A stretch of 64,000 nt of DNA from Deltaproteobacteria bacterium. GTDB taxonomy: Bacteria > Desulfobacterota > Binatia > UBA1149 > CAYXZP01. The stretch lies in assembly GCA_046583365.1 (NCBI GenBank), contig JAYGCL010000079.1, positions 17,508 through 81,507 on the forward strand, read 5' to 3'. This document shows, in pieces, positions 12,774 through 22,462 of the stretch. The notes under the pieces were generated by a model, which did not search any database, was not told where the DNA came from, and worked only from the letters and a program-made list of their open reading frames with translations. Both the position numbers and the translations under genes were made by a program. Numbering within the stretch: position 1 is the stretch's first letter; every line of letters starts with the position of its first letter.

Positions 12774-13916
12774 CTAGTGTTTCAGGATGTTGCGGGCGAT
12801 TATCACGCGTTGGATTTGTGAGGTTCCTTCGTAGATCTGGACGAGTTTGATATCGCGCATGAGCTTCTCCACGGGGTACTCTTTCATGTAGCCGTAGCCC
12901 CCGAATATCTGTACGGCGTTGGTGGCTATCTGCATGGCACGGTCGGCCGAGAAAGCCTTGGCATAACTGGAAACTATGGTGGAACGTTCGCCCTGGTCTA
13001 TGAGCCAGCCGGCCTTGTAGGTCAGCAGCTGCATTGCCTCCAACTCGATGGCCATGTCTGCAAGCATGAACTGTATGGCCTGGAAGTTGGCAATGGGCTG
13101 GCCGAACTGTTTACGTTCCAGTGCGTAAGCCTTTGACTCATCGAGTGCCCGCCGTGAAATCCCGCATCCGATGGCCCCGATCTGGGGACGTGAACGGTCG
13201 AAGGTCTCCATGGCGATTTTGAAGCCCTGGCCTTCTTCTCCGACCAGGGCTGTCCTGGGTACGCGAACCTCCTCCAGCACGATCTCACCCGTATCCGAGG
13301 CTCGCTGCCCCATCTTCCCTTTCATCTTGGTGGTTGTGATTCCGTCGCTGCCGGCGTCAACGATAAAACAGGATATGCCCTTGTGGCCGAGGGACTTGTC
13401 GTGGGTGGCAAATACCACAAACCAGTCGGCAACCGTTGCGTTGGTGATGAAGTGTTTGGTTCCGGAAATCACAAAGTCCTCGCCCTCGCTGCGGTAGCTT
13501 GTCGATATGCTGGCCGCGTCCGAGCCCGAACCGGGTTCGGTAAGGGCGTAGGCGGCAAAGCGACAGTCGGAAGTCAGGCGGACGAGATAGTTGAGTTTTT
13601 GTTCCGGGCTACCGGCAATGAGCAGCGGGGTGGCGGCAAGGCCGTTGGCCGCCACCGTGGTAGCCATACCGGCGCACCCATAGTTGAGTTCTTCGAGTAC
13701 CAGGATGGAGTCGAGAATGTTGAGTCCGAGGCCACCGTATTCTTCGGGTATTTCAAAATTGATCAAGCCTACTTCCCAGGCTTTGCGCATGATCTGGGCG
13801 GGAAACTCTTCGGCTTCGTCGTAGTGGGAGGCAAGCGGGATAATTTCCTTGCGTGTAAAGTCGCGGGCTGTTTTCCTGAGCTGTTCCTGCTCCGGGCTTA
13901 GTGTGAATCCGAACAT
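12774..13916 (-). CDS. Acyl-CoA dehydrogenase
   Basis: Four-helix C-terminal ACAD domain (QIFGGYGYMKEYPVEKLMRDIKLVQIYEGTSQIQR). The likely start is the internal Met MFGFTLSPEQEQL rather than 13976. Confidence 0.85.
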   Translation of the reverse strand: MFGFTLSPEQEQLRKTARDFTRKEIIPLASHYDEAEEFPAQIMRKAWEVGLINFEIPEEYGGLGLNILDSILVLEELNYGCAGMATTVAANGLAATPLLIAGSPEQKLNYLVRLTSDCRFAAYALTEPGSGSDAASISTSYRSEGEDFVISGTKHFITNATVADWFVVFATHDKSLGHKGISCFIVDAGSDGITTTKMKGKMGQRASDTGEIVLEEVRVPRTALVGEEGQGFKIAMETFDRSRPQIGAIGCGISRRALDESKAYALERKQFGQPIANFQAIQFMLADMAIELEAMQLLTYKAGWLIDQGERSTIVSSYAKAFSADRAMQIATNAVQIFGGYGYMKEYPVEKLMRDIKLVQIYEGTSQIQRVIIARNILKH

Positions 13917-14047
13917 GGGTAGAGATTTTACGGGCGGCGAGCAGGTATGAAAACCTAAACCGGGTGACATATCCAAAACGGCCGGATAAGAAGTCCATTA
14001 TTGCAGCCAGCAGCCCCAGTTTAGGGCCGCCGGCCGAGGAGGGGGAA

Positions 14048-16303
14048 ATGAGAGTTTTGAGGTTGTTTCACGGGAGTTTCCTGCCGGCGGCTGCCACCGT
14101 CGTTGCAACCGCCATGGCCCTGTCGGCCTGCAGCGGCCGCCACGAGGGCCCGGGCCAACCCAGTGCAGCCCGTCTTCCAGAGGCGGTTATCAGCGCCGCT
14201 GCCGCCCGCCAGGCCGGACACAACAAGCCGGGCAAACAGGTTCTTTTCGGCGACCTTCATGTCCACACCACTTTTTCCCCGGACGCATTCACCATGAGCC
14301 TCCCCCTGGTCAACGGGGAGGGTGCCCACCCCCCGGCAGATGCCTGTGACTTTGCCCGTTTCTGTTCGGGGCTGGATTTCTGGAGCATCAACGACCACGC
14401 CGCCGGCCTAACTCCCCGCCACTGGCGGGAGACGGTGGAATCGATTCGTCAGTGCAACAGCTTGGCCGGTGACGAAGAAAATCCTGATGTCGTTGCTTTT
14501 CTGGGTTGGGAATGGACTCAGGTAGGCCTCACCCGCGACGACCACTATGGCCACAAAAACGTCATTTTACGCTACACCGATGAAGAGCGTATTCCGGCCC
14601 GGCCCATAGCGGCACCGTCGCTGTTGTTGAGTGTCTTCAACCCCGATATTCCGTTGTGGCAGCAGGTGGGGATGATGCTCAAGGACTTCCCCGAGCGCCA
14701 GCGTTATTTTGATTTCAACTTTTACCAACGCGAGTTGGACGAGGCCCCACGTTGCGCCCAGGGCGTGGATAGCCGCGAGCTTCCCGTCGATTGCATGGAA
14801 ACGGCAGCCACGCCGGCCGAGCTGTTTGAAAAGCTCAACCAGTGGGGACACGAAGCCATCGTTATTCCGCATGGAACCACGTGGGGTCTTTACACCCCAC
14901 CGGGTACGGCGATCGACAAACAGTTGAACCTCGACCAACACGACCCCGCACGGCAGACTCTCTTCGAGATTTTTTCCGGCCACGGCAACTCCGAAGAGCA
15001 CCGCGCTTGGCGTGAGTTTGGAGTCGATACCCAAGGCAACCTCATCTGTCCGCAGCCCACAGACGATTACCTGCCCTGTTGTTGGCAAGCCGGTGAAATA
15101 ATCCGCGGCCGTTGCGGCCAGACCAGTGCCCAGGAGTGCGAACGACGGGTGATTGCAGCCCGCCGCGAGTACCTCAGCGCCGGCCAACAGGGCCATCTGA
15201 CCCTGCCCGGCGCCAAAGCTGTCGAATGGAAGGACTGTGGGCAGTGCCGGGATTGTTTCCAGCCCGCGTTCAACTACCGGCCGCGTAACTCGGCCCAGTA
15301 TGCAATGGCCCTTACCAATTTCGACGACCCGGCCAACCCGCTACGGTTCCGTTTTGGTTTTATGGCCTCAAGCGACAACCACACGGCCCGCCCCGGCACC
15401 GGCTACAAGGAGTACGACCGCTTACAGATGACCGAGGCCACGGGTCCCAAAGATGCGTTTTCCACCCGTGTGGCCGCCGGTCCGGACCCTCTGCCCACCG
15501 ACGAGGCGGTTCCTTTCGATTTTGAGGCCACCACCCCGGCGCTCGCACGTTTTTTTGAGGGTGAGAGGGGGACCTCGTTTTTCGTGACCGGTGGTCTGGT
15601 GGCCGTGCACGCCGAGGGCCGCAGTCGCGATTCAATTTGGGAAAGCCTGGAACGCCGTGAAATCTACGGTACCAGCGGAGACCGAATACTCTTGTGGTTC
15701 GACCTGTTGAACGCACCTACAGGAGTTGCGCCCATGGGCAGCGAGGTGGCGATGTCGGAGGCTCCGAGTTTCCAGGTGCGCGCGGTCGGAGCTTTCGAGC
15801 AGCTGCCCGGGTGTCCTGACCACAGCCTGTCGGCGCTGTCGCCGGCCAGACTCGCCCACGTCTGTCGCGGCGAGTGCTACAACCCTTCGCAAGAACGCTA
15901 CCGGATAACCCGTATCGAAGTGATTCGAATACGGCCCCAGCGCCATCCCGGTGAGGATATAACCGCGCTGATTGAAGACCCATGGTTGAGTTTGCCGTGC
16001 CAGGACAGTGGCGATGGTTGCGTGGTGGAATTTTCCGATCCGCAGTTTGACGCCTCAGCACGAGACACCGTTTACTATGTGCGAGCGGTTCAGGAGCCCA
16101 AGCCCATGGTCAATGCCGATGGCCTGCGTTGCACCTATGATGAGGCCGGCCGCTGTACGCAGATCAGTCCTTGTTACGACGGCTACAAAGATATTACGCC
16201 CGAAGACGATTGTATGGCCATGGATGAGCCCAGGGCCTGGTCTTCGCCCATCTATTTGAACGTAGCCCAAGTGTCCGGCGGCGCGGGAGATTCCGCCAAT
16301 TGA
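14048..16303 (+). CDS. Large secreted lipoprotein with a PHP-like metal-binding N-terminal motif (DUF3604-like)
   Basis: Lipobox signal MRVLRLF...AMALSAC, then VLFGDLHVHTTFSPDAF (PHP-type His motif). About 750 aa and Cys-rich, with no other recognisable domain. Confidence 0.5.
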   Translation: MRVLRLFHGSFLPAAATVVATAMALSACSGRHEGPGQPSAARLPEAVISAAAARQAGHNKPGKQVLFGDLHVHTTFSPDAFTMSLPLVNGEGAHPPADACDFARFCSGLDFWSINDHAAGLTPRHWRETVESIRQCNSLAGDEENPDVVAFLGWEWTQVGLTRDDHYGHKNVILRYTDEERIPARPIAAPSLLLSVFNPDIPLWQQVGMMLKDFPERQRYFDFNFYQRELDEAPRCAQGVDSRELPVDCMETAATPAELFEKLNQWGHEAIVIPHGTTWGLYTPPGTAIDKQLNLDQHDPARQTLFEIFSGHGNSEEHRAWREFGVDTQGNLICPQPTDDYLPCCWQAGEIIRGRCGQTSAQECERRVIAARREYLSAGQQGHLTLPGAKAVEWKDCGQCRDCFQPAFNYRPRNSAQYAMALTNFDDPANPLRFRFGFMASSDNHTARPGTGYKEYDRLQMTEATGPKDAFSTRVAAGPDPLPTDEAVPFDFEATTPALARFFEGERGTSFFVTGGLVAVHAEGRSRDSIWESLERREIYGTSGDRILLWFDLLNAPTGVAPMGSEVAMSEAPSFQVRAVGAFEQLPGCPDHSLSALSPARLAHVCRGECYNPSQERYRITRIEVIRIRPQRHPGEDITALIEDPWLSLPCQDSGDGCVVEFSDPQFDASARDTVYYVRAVQEPKPMVNADGLRCTYDEAGRCTQISPCYDGYKDITPEDDCMAMDEPRAWSSPIYLNVAQVSGGAGDSAN

Positions 16304-17148
16304 ACCGTAGCCCGGTGTTGCTGGCTGCCGGAGCCGCCCTTGGAATAGCAATGGCGGCGTCATCGTTGCTCGGCGACGGTGGTGGGCGTGGCAGGGACCT
16401 TGGTGCATCGACGGCCGCCATCGTAAACGGTGTGGCCATACCTCGCCAGGACGTTGAGAGTATTGCCGGTACGCAGCAAGCCGACCCCGAGCGCCGCCGT
16501 TTGATTCTGGAACGGCTGGTCGAAGAGGAACTGCTGGTCCAGCGTGGCATTGAACTCGGCCTGGCCTCCCGCGACCCGCGCGTGCGCAGCGATCTGGTGG
16601 CGGCGGTAACCGCCATGGTGATTGCAGAGTTTGTTGGGGCCAATCCCGATGACGAGGATCTTGGTGCTTTCTACCAGTCCAACCGTGATTTTTTTTCCAC
16701 CGCCCAGCGTATGAAGATACGCCGTCTTTTTTTTCGTGCGGGCAGTGGGCGCGACCGGCAGGCAGAGGCACGGGCGCAATTGGCCGCCTCGCGTTTACGT
16801 TCGGGACAACCCTTTGAAGAGGTGGAGGCAGAGTTGGCCGACCGGCCGGTGGTTGCCCTTCCCTGGGCCTGGTTACCGGCTTACAAACTCCAGGATTATC
16901 TTGGCCCCACAGCCACGCGTACGGCGCTTGGGCTCGAACCCGGGCAGGTGAGCGAGCCGTTGCGCTCGTCGGCGGGCTTTGAGGTGCTGGTCCTGGTGGC
17001 CCGCCGGGGTGGCGGCGACGCTGCTTTCGAGGAACTCAGGCCCCAGGTTTTAAGCGAGTACCGCCGGCGGGCAGGAGAAAGGGCACTGCGCGATTATATC
17101 GAGGAACTCAAAGGGCGGGCAGAACTTGTCCGCACCGACCAGCCTTGA
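16300..17148 (+). CDS. Parvulin-type peptidyl-prolyl cis-trans isomerase (SurA/PpiC-like)
   Basis: Signal peptide, SurA-N-like helical region, and a PpiC-like segment GQVSEPLRSSAGFEVLVLV. TTG start overlaps the previous stop (TTGA). Confidence 0.55.
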   Translation: MNRSPVLLAAGAALGIAMAASSLLGDGGGRGRDLGASTAAIVNGVAIPRQDVESIAGTQQADPERRRLILERLVEEELLVQRGIELGLASRDPRVRSDLVAAVTAMVIAEFVGANPDDEDLGAFYQSNRDFFSTAQRMKIRRLFFRAGSGRDRQAEARAQLAASRLRSGQPFEEVEAELADRPVVALPWAWLPAYKLQDYLGPTATRTALGLEPGQVSEPLRSSAGFEVLVLVARRGGGDAAFEELRPQVLSEYRRRAGERALRDYIEELKGRAELVRTDQP

Positions 17149-18344
17149 AGAGGTTTCTGCTCCTACTGGCCTGGTTGTTGCTGGCCTTGCCCGGCCCGGC
17201 CCAGGCTCACGAAAGGACTTACTCCTACTCAAATTGGACGGTTTCGGGGGACCAGGCCTTTGTCAGCGTCCGCGTGGCTGCACGAGATGCCGCCAGACTC
17301 TCCCTGGAGCGCTGGTCGGGGACCGGACAAAGCCAGAGCCAGGCGTTGGGGGCTTATCTTGCCGACAACCTCAAGCTGCTGGCTTCGGGCCGCCCCTGTC
17401 CCTTGGTCGGTGACCCGCGCGAACTGTCGGGAGAGAGAGCCTTCAGGGTCTACGAGTGGAAGCTCGACTGCGCTTCTTTACGGGGAGAGTTGGCCATCGG
17501 CAGCCGCCTGCTGCTGGACCTGGGCAGCCGTTCCTTGCACTTCGCACGCGTTCGCAACGGGCAGGGGACCTTCGAAAGGGTCTTGTCGAGAGACCGGCCA
17601 TTGTGGACGATTCCCGGCCCGGCCTCCACGCCCGGCCCCTGGCGTCTGGCCACCGACTACTTCGGTCTGGGTGTGGGGCATATTCTTGGCGGCTACGACC
17701 ATCTGGCATTTTTGCTCGCCCTGCTGCTGGTCGGCGGCAGCCTGGCACAGGCCGCCGCCGCGGTAACCGGCTTTACCGCCGGCCACAGTGTGACTCTGGC
17801 TCTTGCAACGTTGGGGTTGGTACGTCCACAAACCGCTTCGGTCGAAGCTCTCATTGCGCTGTCGATAGTGGTGGTGGCCGCCGAGAACCTCTGGCACTAC
17901 GGTGGTCGTTCCCGTGCCGTGCCGCTGGGGCTGGTGTGTGCCCTGTGCCTTCTTGCCGCCTCGGCTGTGGGCGGGTGGGGGCAGATAGCGGCCACGGCCC
18001 TGGCCGGCCTGGCTCTGTTTGTTGCCTGCTACTTCGCCCTGCTCCGGGTCGTTGTCCGGCCCCAGGCTCTGCGTTGGTGGGTGGCCCTGGTATTTGGTCT
18101 GGCCCATGGCTTTGGTTTTGCCGGTGCCCTGGCCGCCACCGGTCTGCCCACCGTCAGCCTGGGCTGGGCCCTGGCCGGTTTTAACCTCGGCGTGGAGGCC
18201 GTACAGCTGGTGGCCGCGGCCGCACTGTGGCCTTTGCTGGTGTGGATGGGCCGTCACCCACGGCTGCATCGGATGGTAGTGGAGTCGGGGTCGGTAGTGG
18301 TGCTGGCCGCCGGGGTGTTCTGGTTCGTTACGCGCAACTACTGA
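17145..18344 (+). CDS. HupE/UreJ-family membrane protein with N-terminal periplasmic domain
   Basis: Signal peptide, then a ~170-aa soluble region, then the HupE/UreJ_2-type helices GLGVGHILGGYDHLAFLLALLL and GFTAGHSVTLA. Confidence 0.6.
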   Translation: MKRFLLLLAWLLLALPGPAQAHERTYSYSNWTVSGDQAFVSVRVAARDAARLSLERWSGTGQSQSQALGAYLADNLKLLASGRPCPLVGDPRELSGERAFRVYEWKLDCASLRGELAIGSRLLLDLGSRSLHFARVRNGQGTFERVLSRDRPLWTIPGPASTPGPWRLATDYFGLGVGHILGGYDHLAFLLALLLVGGSLAQAAAAVTGFTAGHSVTLALATLGLVRPQTASVEALIALSIVVVAAENLWHYGGRSRAVPLGLVCALCLLAASAVGGWGQIAATALAGLALFVACYFALLRVVVRPQALRWWVALVFGLAHGFGFAGALAATGLPTVSLGWALAGFNLGVEAVQLVAAAALWPLLVWMGRHPRLHRMVVESGSVVVLAAGVFWFVTRNY

Positions 18345-18346
18345 GT

Positions 18347-19657
18347 TCAGGCCGCACGGGTACCGGTACTGCCTAAAAGAACGCGGGCAACACGGCGTCC
18401 TTCCATTTCGGTAACCCGTCCACGACGGTTGCCGATCACAAAAGCATCGCCCTCGCGGGGAATTTTGCCGAGTAGATTGGTGACATAACCGCCAACCGTG
18501 TCGGCGTCTATCTCGTGGTCCGAATCCAGTCCGAGTTCCCGGCACAGGTCATCGACCAGCAGCATGCCGTCGATCTGTACCCCGTCGTCCTCGTAGACGA
18601 TCTGCGGTCTTTCGTCGTCGTCGAACTCATCTTGTATTTCACCCACCAGTTCTTCGAGAACGTCCTCAAGGGTGACCAGGCCGGTGGGGACACCGTACTC
18701 ATCGACTACCACGGCCATGTGGGCCCGCTCTATCTGAAACAGACGTTGAAGTTCGTCTATGGGCTGGGACTCGGGGACGAACAACATGTCGTGTTGGATA
18801 AGGCGTAAGTCCTCGGAGGACTGTATGGTATTGGAGCGCCTGAAGAGGTCTTTTATGTGGACCATGCCCACCACGCTGTCCAAGTCCGACTCGCAGAGAG
18901 GATAACGGGTGTGGCCGCTCTCCATGATGATGGCCAGGTTTTCTTCCATCGTGCGCTCCAGGGAAACGTAGTCGATTTTGTCCCGTGGCATCATCACTTG
19001 CCGGGATGTGTGTTCGGCAAACTCGAATACGTTTTCAATCATCGCACGCATGACCCGGGGCAGGCGGCCTCGCGATGAAAGCTGCGACAGCACCATACGC
19101 AGCTCTTCCGAATCCATTGTCTCCTCGCTCTCCTTGGCCTTGTCCACGCCGAAGGTCCGCAGGATCAGGGAGGCTGAACCGCTCATCACGTTGAGGGCCG
19201 GCCGGGTCATGCGTGCGAACCCTCGCACCAGCGGCGCCGTCCACAGTGCTACGGCCTCGGTGCGGCGCAGGCCGAGAAATTTCGGGGCTAATTCGCCGGC
19301 GATGATCAGGACCGCAGTGATCATCGCGAAGGCCAGGCTGAAAGAAACCGTGTGTATGACGACGGCCGCCGTAATGCCGAGGGCACCGAGCAGGCCGGCT
19401 ATGACGGAGGCAAAGGCGGGCTCGCCCAGCCAGCCGATGGCCAGACTTACCGAGGTTATGGCCAGCTGGATGGCTGACAGGTGTGAGTCCAGGTCGCCGA
19501 GAACCCGGTCGAGGACGGTGGCACGGCGGTTGCCGGCCGCCACCAGGGTTTTGACGCGACTGCGCCGCACCGTGACGATTGAGTACTCGGCCGCCACGAA
19601 GCAGGCGTTTACTGCGACCAGCACGAGGACCAGCGCAAGCGCCGCACCACTGCTCAC
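18347..19657 (-). CDS. CNNM/CorC-family transporter (DUF21-CBS pair-CorC_HlyC)
   Basis: N-terminal 4-TM DUF21 (AEYSIVTVRRSRV), a CBS pair, and a C-terminal transporter-associated domain. Confidence 0.8.
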   Translation of the reverse strand: MSSGAALALVLVLVAVNACFVAAEYSIVTVRRSRVKTLVAAGNRRATVLDRVLGDLDSHLSAIQLAITSVSLAIGWLGEPAFASVIAGLLGALGITAAVVIHTVSFSLAFAMITAVLIIAGELAPKFLGLRRTEAVALWTAPLVRGFARMTRPALNVMSGSASLILRTFGVDKAKESEETMDSEELRMVLSQLSSRGRLPRVMRAMIENVFEFAEHTSRQVMMPRDKIDYVSLERTMEENLAIIMESGHTRYPLCESDLDSVVGMVHIKDLFRRSNTIQSSEDLRLIQHDMLFVPESQPIDELQRLFQIERAHMAVVVDEYGVPTGLVTLEDVLEELVGEIQDEFDDDERPQIVYEDDGVQIDGMLLVDDLCRELGLDSDHEIDADTVGGYVTNLLGKIPREGDAFVIGNRRGRVTEMEGRRVARVLLGSTGTRAA

Positions 19658-19816
19658 TTAAAAGTCACCGTACTGGGAAAATAGTCCTCCGGCCGGTTCG
19701 GCGATGGAGGTTCGTCGGGGTCGCTCATTGTGCGGCCCTATTAGAGCCTTATGTGGGGTTGGTTGCAAGGGCATGGCGCCGGACGGTGCAAGCTGTTAAA
19801 AATCGGTAACCGGCTT

Positions 19817-21007
19817 ATGGATTTTTCCTATACCCCCGAACAGGAGGCCTTTCGGGCCGAGTTGCGAGGCTGGCTTGACGCGCGCCGGCAGGCCCGGGCC
19901 ATTCCGCAAGGTGCTTCCACAGATCTCGACGAGTTCGTCAGCAACGGCCGGCGTTGGCAAAGAGAACTCCACGAGGGGGGCTGGTGCGGGGTACACTGGC
20001 CTGTCGAGTACGGCGGCCGTGGGACCGGCCTCATCGAACAGATTATTTTTCAGGAAGAGCTGGCCCGTGCCGCTTCACCCCAGTTGGTAAACCTCCTGGC
20101 CCTGAGCATGGTCGGCCCCCTTTTAATCGAACACGGTAGCCGGGCGCACAAGGAGCGTTACCTCAAAAAGATTCTTACGGCCGAAGAAATCTGGTGCCAG
20201 GGTTTCAGTGAGCCGGGGGCCGGCAGCGACCTGGCCTCGGTGTCTACTCGTGCAGTGGCCGATGGCGACACTTACAGGGTGAGCGGACAAAAGGTGTGGA
20301 CGAGTTTCGCCCAGTACGCCGACTTCTGCCTTCTGCTCGTGCGTACGGATACGCAGGCGGCCAAGCACCAGGGCCTCAGCATGTTGATTGTAGACATGCG
20401 CAGCCAGGGCGTGCAGACAAAACCGCTCAGACAGATGAACGGCGACAGCGAGTTCAACGAGGTTTTTTTCGATGGGGTGTCGGTTCCCCGCCGTAATTTA
20501 GTCGGGGAGGAAAACCAGGGGTGGTCGATGGCCTTGGCCATGCTCATGTACGAGCGCGCCACCTTGACCTTTCAACGCCAGCTCCAGTCGCGAGTGGCGT
20601 TGGAAGACCTGTTGCACTTCGCCCGCGAGTTTGCCCCTGGGGGCAAGACCGCCGCCAGTGACCCGCTTTTACGCCAACGCCTGGCCTGGGCCTACACGGA
20701 AAGCGAAGCGCTGAGGCTTACCTCGCTCCGTCACCTGACCAAACAACTCAAGGGCTCGCCCCCCGGTCCCGAGGGTTCCATGGATAAACTGTTCTGGAGT
20801 GAGATGTTCCAGCGCATGTTGGAAGTGGCTATGTCGGTGGCCGGCCCCTACTCCCAGCTCGCCGCCGGCGACCCCCATGCTCCTATGCAGGGGCACTGGC
20901 CGCATATGTATCTGTACTCACGTGGCCGCACGATTGCGGCAGGAAGCTCGGAAATTCAGCGTGGTATCATAGCCCAGCGCGTACTCGGTCTGCCCAAAGA
21001 CAGATAG
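19817..21007 (+). CDS. Acyl-CoA dehydrogenase family protein
   Basis: ACAD N-terminal, middle and C-terminal domains (GFSEPGAGSDLAS...YRVSGQKVWTS). The likely start is MDFSYTPEQEAF at 19817. Confidence 0.8.
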   Translation: MDFSYTPEQEAFRAELRGWLDARRQARAIPQGASTDLDEFVSNGRRWQRELHEGGWCGVHWPVEYGGRGTGLIEQIIFQEELARAASPQLVNLLALSMVGPLLIEHGSRAHKERYLKKILTAEEIWCQGFSEPGAGSDLASVSTRAVADGDTYRVSGQKVWTSFAQYADFCLLLVRTDTQAAKHQGLSMLIVDMRSQGVQTKPLRQMNGDSEFNEVFFDGVSVPRRNLVGEENQGWSMALAMLMYERATLTFQRQLQSRVALEDLLHFAREFAPGGKTAASDPLLRQRLAWAYTESEALRLTSLRHLTKQLKGSPPGPEGSMDKLFWSEMFQRMLEVAMSVAGPYSQLAAGDPHAPMQGHWPHMYLYSRGRTIAAGSSEIQRGIIAQRVLGLPKDR

Positions 21008-21029
21008 CCACGGGGCCAGGCGGTACGCT

Positions 21030-21518
21030 TCAGCTCGCTCGGAGTACTTTTCGTCTCTCGCGTTTGGCGTTGATGCTGTGGCGGCGTCCGTTGACGCGGC
21101 GGAAGGGGAAACGGTAAACTTGGCCGGACAGACCCTGGTCCTGGGTGCGGATGCGCCACTGGCTGAGCCCCCGGCGCAGGTATTCGGGCTCCATGTTGAG
21201 GGCCTGGCAAATACTGGCAAACGAAAACGGCCAGCTCATGTCGTTCGAGTCGAGCCACGCTTCCACGTCGGGTCCGTCCCCGTTGCGGCTGTCTTCAGAC
21301 TGCAGAAAATTTTTCTGGAATGAGGCAATGGCGTCTTCGAGAACGGCCAGCATGAGCCGTTTCTCCGGCACTAGGGTCGACTCTCCCACCTGCCGGTCAA
21401 AGAACTGCGAAGGGGTCATCGTGTCCGGTTCCACCATGGTGATGGCCGGATCTTCGACGCACACGGTGCGAGATTTGCGTTCCGGGCCAGTGTCGGTTGC
21501 TGGTGCTGCTTCGCTCAT
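21030..21518 (-). CDS. Hypothetical protein with basic C-terminus
   Basis: 162-aa ORF with coding-like composition and no confident family match. Sits between an ACAD gene and a MerR gene. Confidence 0.35.
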   Translation of the reverse strand: MSEAAPATDTGPERKSRTVCVEDPAITMVEPDTMTPSQFFDRQVGESTLVPEKRLMLAVLEDAIASFQKNFLQSEDSRNGDGPDVEAWLDSNDMSWPFSFASICQALNMEPEYLRRGLSQWRIRTQDQGLSGQVYRFPFRRVNGRRHSINAKRERRKVLRAS

Positions 21519-21545
21519 TTTGTTTCCCTTATTAGAGTTTGACCG

Positions 21546-22316
21546 TCAATCATGGGTTCCGGTTGCTTCGTGTTCGGACTCATCTCTGAGTTCCCCGATG
21601 GCCTGCAGAATAAGTTTGCGTCTGAGAAGAACTATGAGTTGTTCGACGAGTTTGATCCCGGCCTGGGCCATCTCGGCCACTTCGGCCGGGTCGAATTTGC
21701 CGGTGACGGCCCTGGTAAAGATCTTGAGTTCCTCTTTGGCCATCATCTTGATCGATCTGACGTACATCGGCATTGCACTGTGGGGGGGTACAACATCAGA
21801 ACCGAGGTTTGCTTCCTGCAGCAACCTGAAGGTCTCAAGTATCAGTACGTCGTCGCCTTCAAAGTACTCAACCCCGTTGCGTATGACGGGGGTCAGGACG
21901 TCGAGTTCAATGCAGTAATCGAGGTTCTCATCCGTGACCTGGTAGCGCGCGATGGCCTGCTGGCGGCTGACCGGTTTGTGGCCGGGAGAGTAGTGAATCT
22001 CTTCGTAAAGATTCCCCTCCAACCCCATCAGCGTATTAATTTCTCCTTGCGAGACGACGTTTTCGTCTCGGTCCAGGATTGTTTTTATGATGTCGAGAGG
22101 GAGAAAGCGCTTTCGCTGCAGTTCCTTGATTATGCGGATGCGGTCGACGAAGGAGCGGTCGTAGTAGGCCATGTTGCGGCCGGTTTTAAGCGTGGGCGCG
22201 GGCAGCAGGTCCTCGCGCATGTAGAATTTTATGGTGGCCGCCGATACGCCGGTCTCCCGGGCAAGGTCGGAAATCTTATAAAGCCCTTTGCGGGCGTTGT
22301 TGGTATCGGACGCCAT
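21546..22316 (-). CDS. MerR-family transcriptional regulator
   Basis: N-terminal MerR HTH (LYKISDLARETGVSAATIKFYMREDLLP) plus a C-terminal effector/dimerisation region. Confidence 0.75.
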   Translation of the reverse strand: MASDTNNARKGLYKISDLARETGVSAATIKFYMREDLLPAPTLKTGRNMAYYDRSFVDRIRIIKELQRKRFLPLDIIKTILDRDENVVSQGEINTLMGLEGNLYEEIHYSPGHKPVSRQQAIARYQVTDENLDYCIELDVLTPVIRNGVEYFEGDDVLILETFRLLQEANLGSDVVPPHSAMPMYVRSIKMMAKEELKIFTRAVTGKFDPAEVAEMAQAGIKLVEQLIVLLRRKLILQAIGELRDESEHEATGTHD

Positions 22317-22347
22317 GGTAAGTAGCTAGTACAACTATCTACTTACC
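22317..22347. promoter_or_regulatory. Perfect 9-bp inverted repeat GGTAAGTAG-N13-CTACTTACC abutting the merR start codon. Candidate MerR operator in the merR/glpD divergent promoter.
   Basis: Read directly. Dyad symmetry with a 13-bp spacer, located in the 146-bp divergent intergenic region. Confidence 0.45.
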
Positions 22348-22462
22348 CGTATGCTCCGGACGCTGTCAACAGTTTTTTGGTTTCCTCCCCATTTTTTCTC
22401 CACCTTCCGGTCTGGACAGTCCAAACACTTGATTTTCCAAGCTTTATTGACACAGCCCGAGG

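Noticed and set aside
17478-18545. 355-aa minus-strand ORF, and 17456-18184 plus-frame ORF
   Set aside because: Antisense to, or out-of-frame within, the HupE/UreJ gene. Low complexity.
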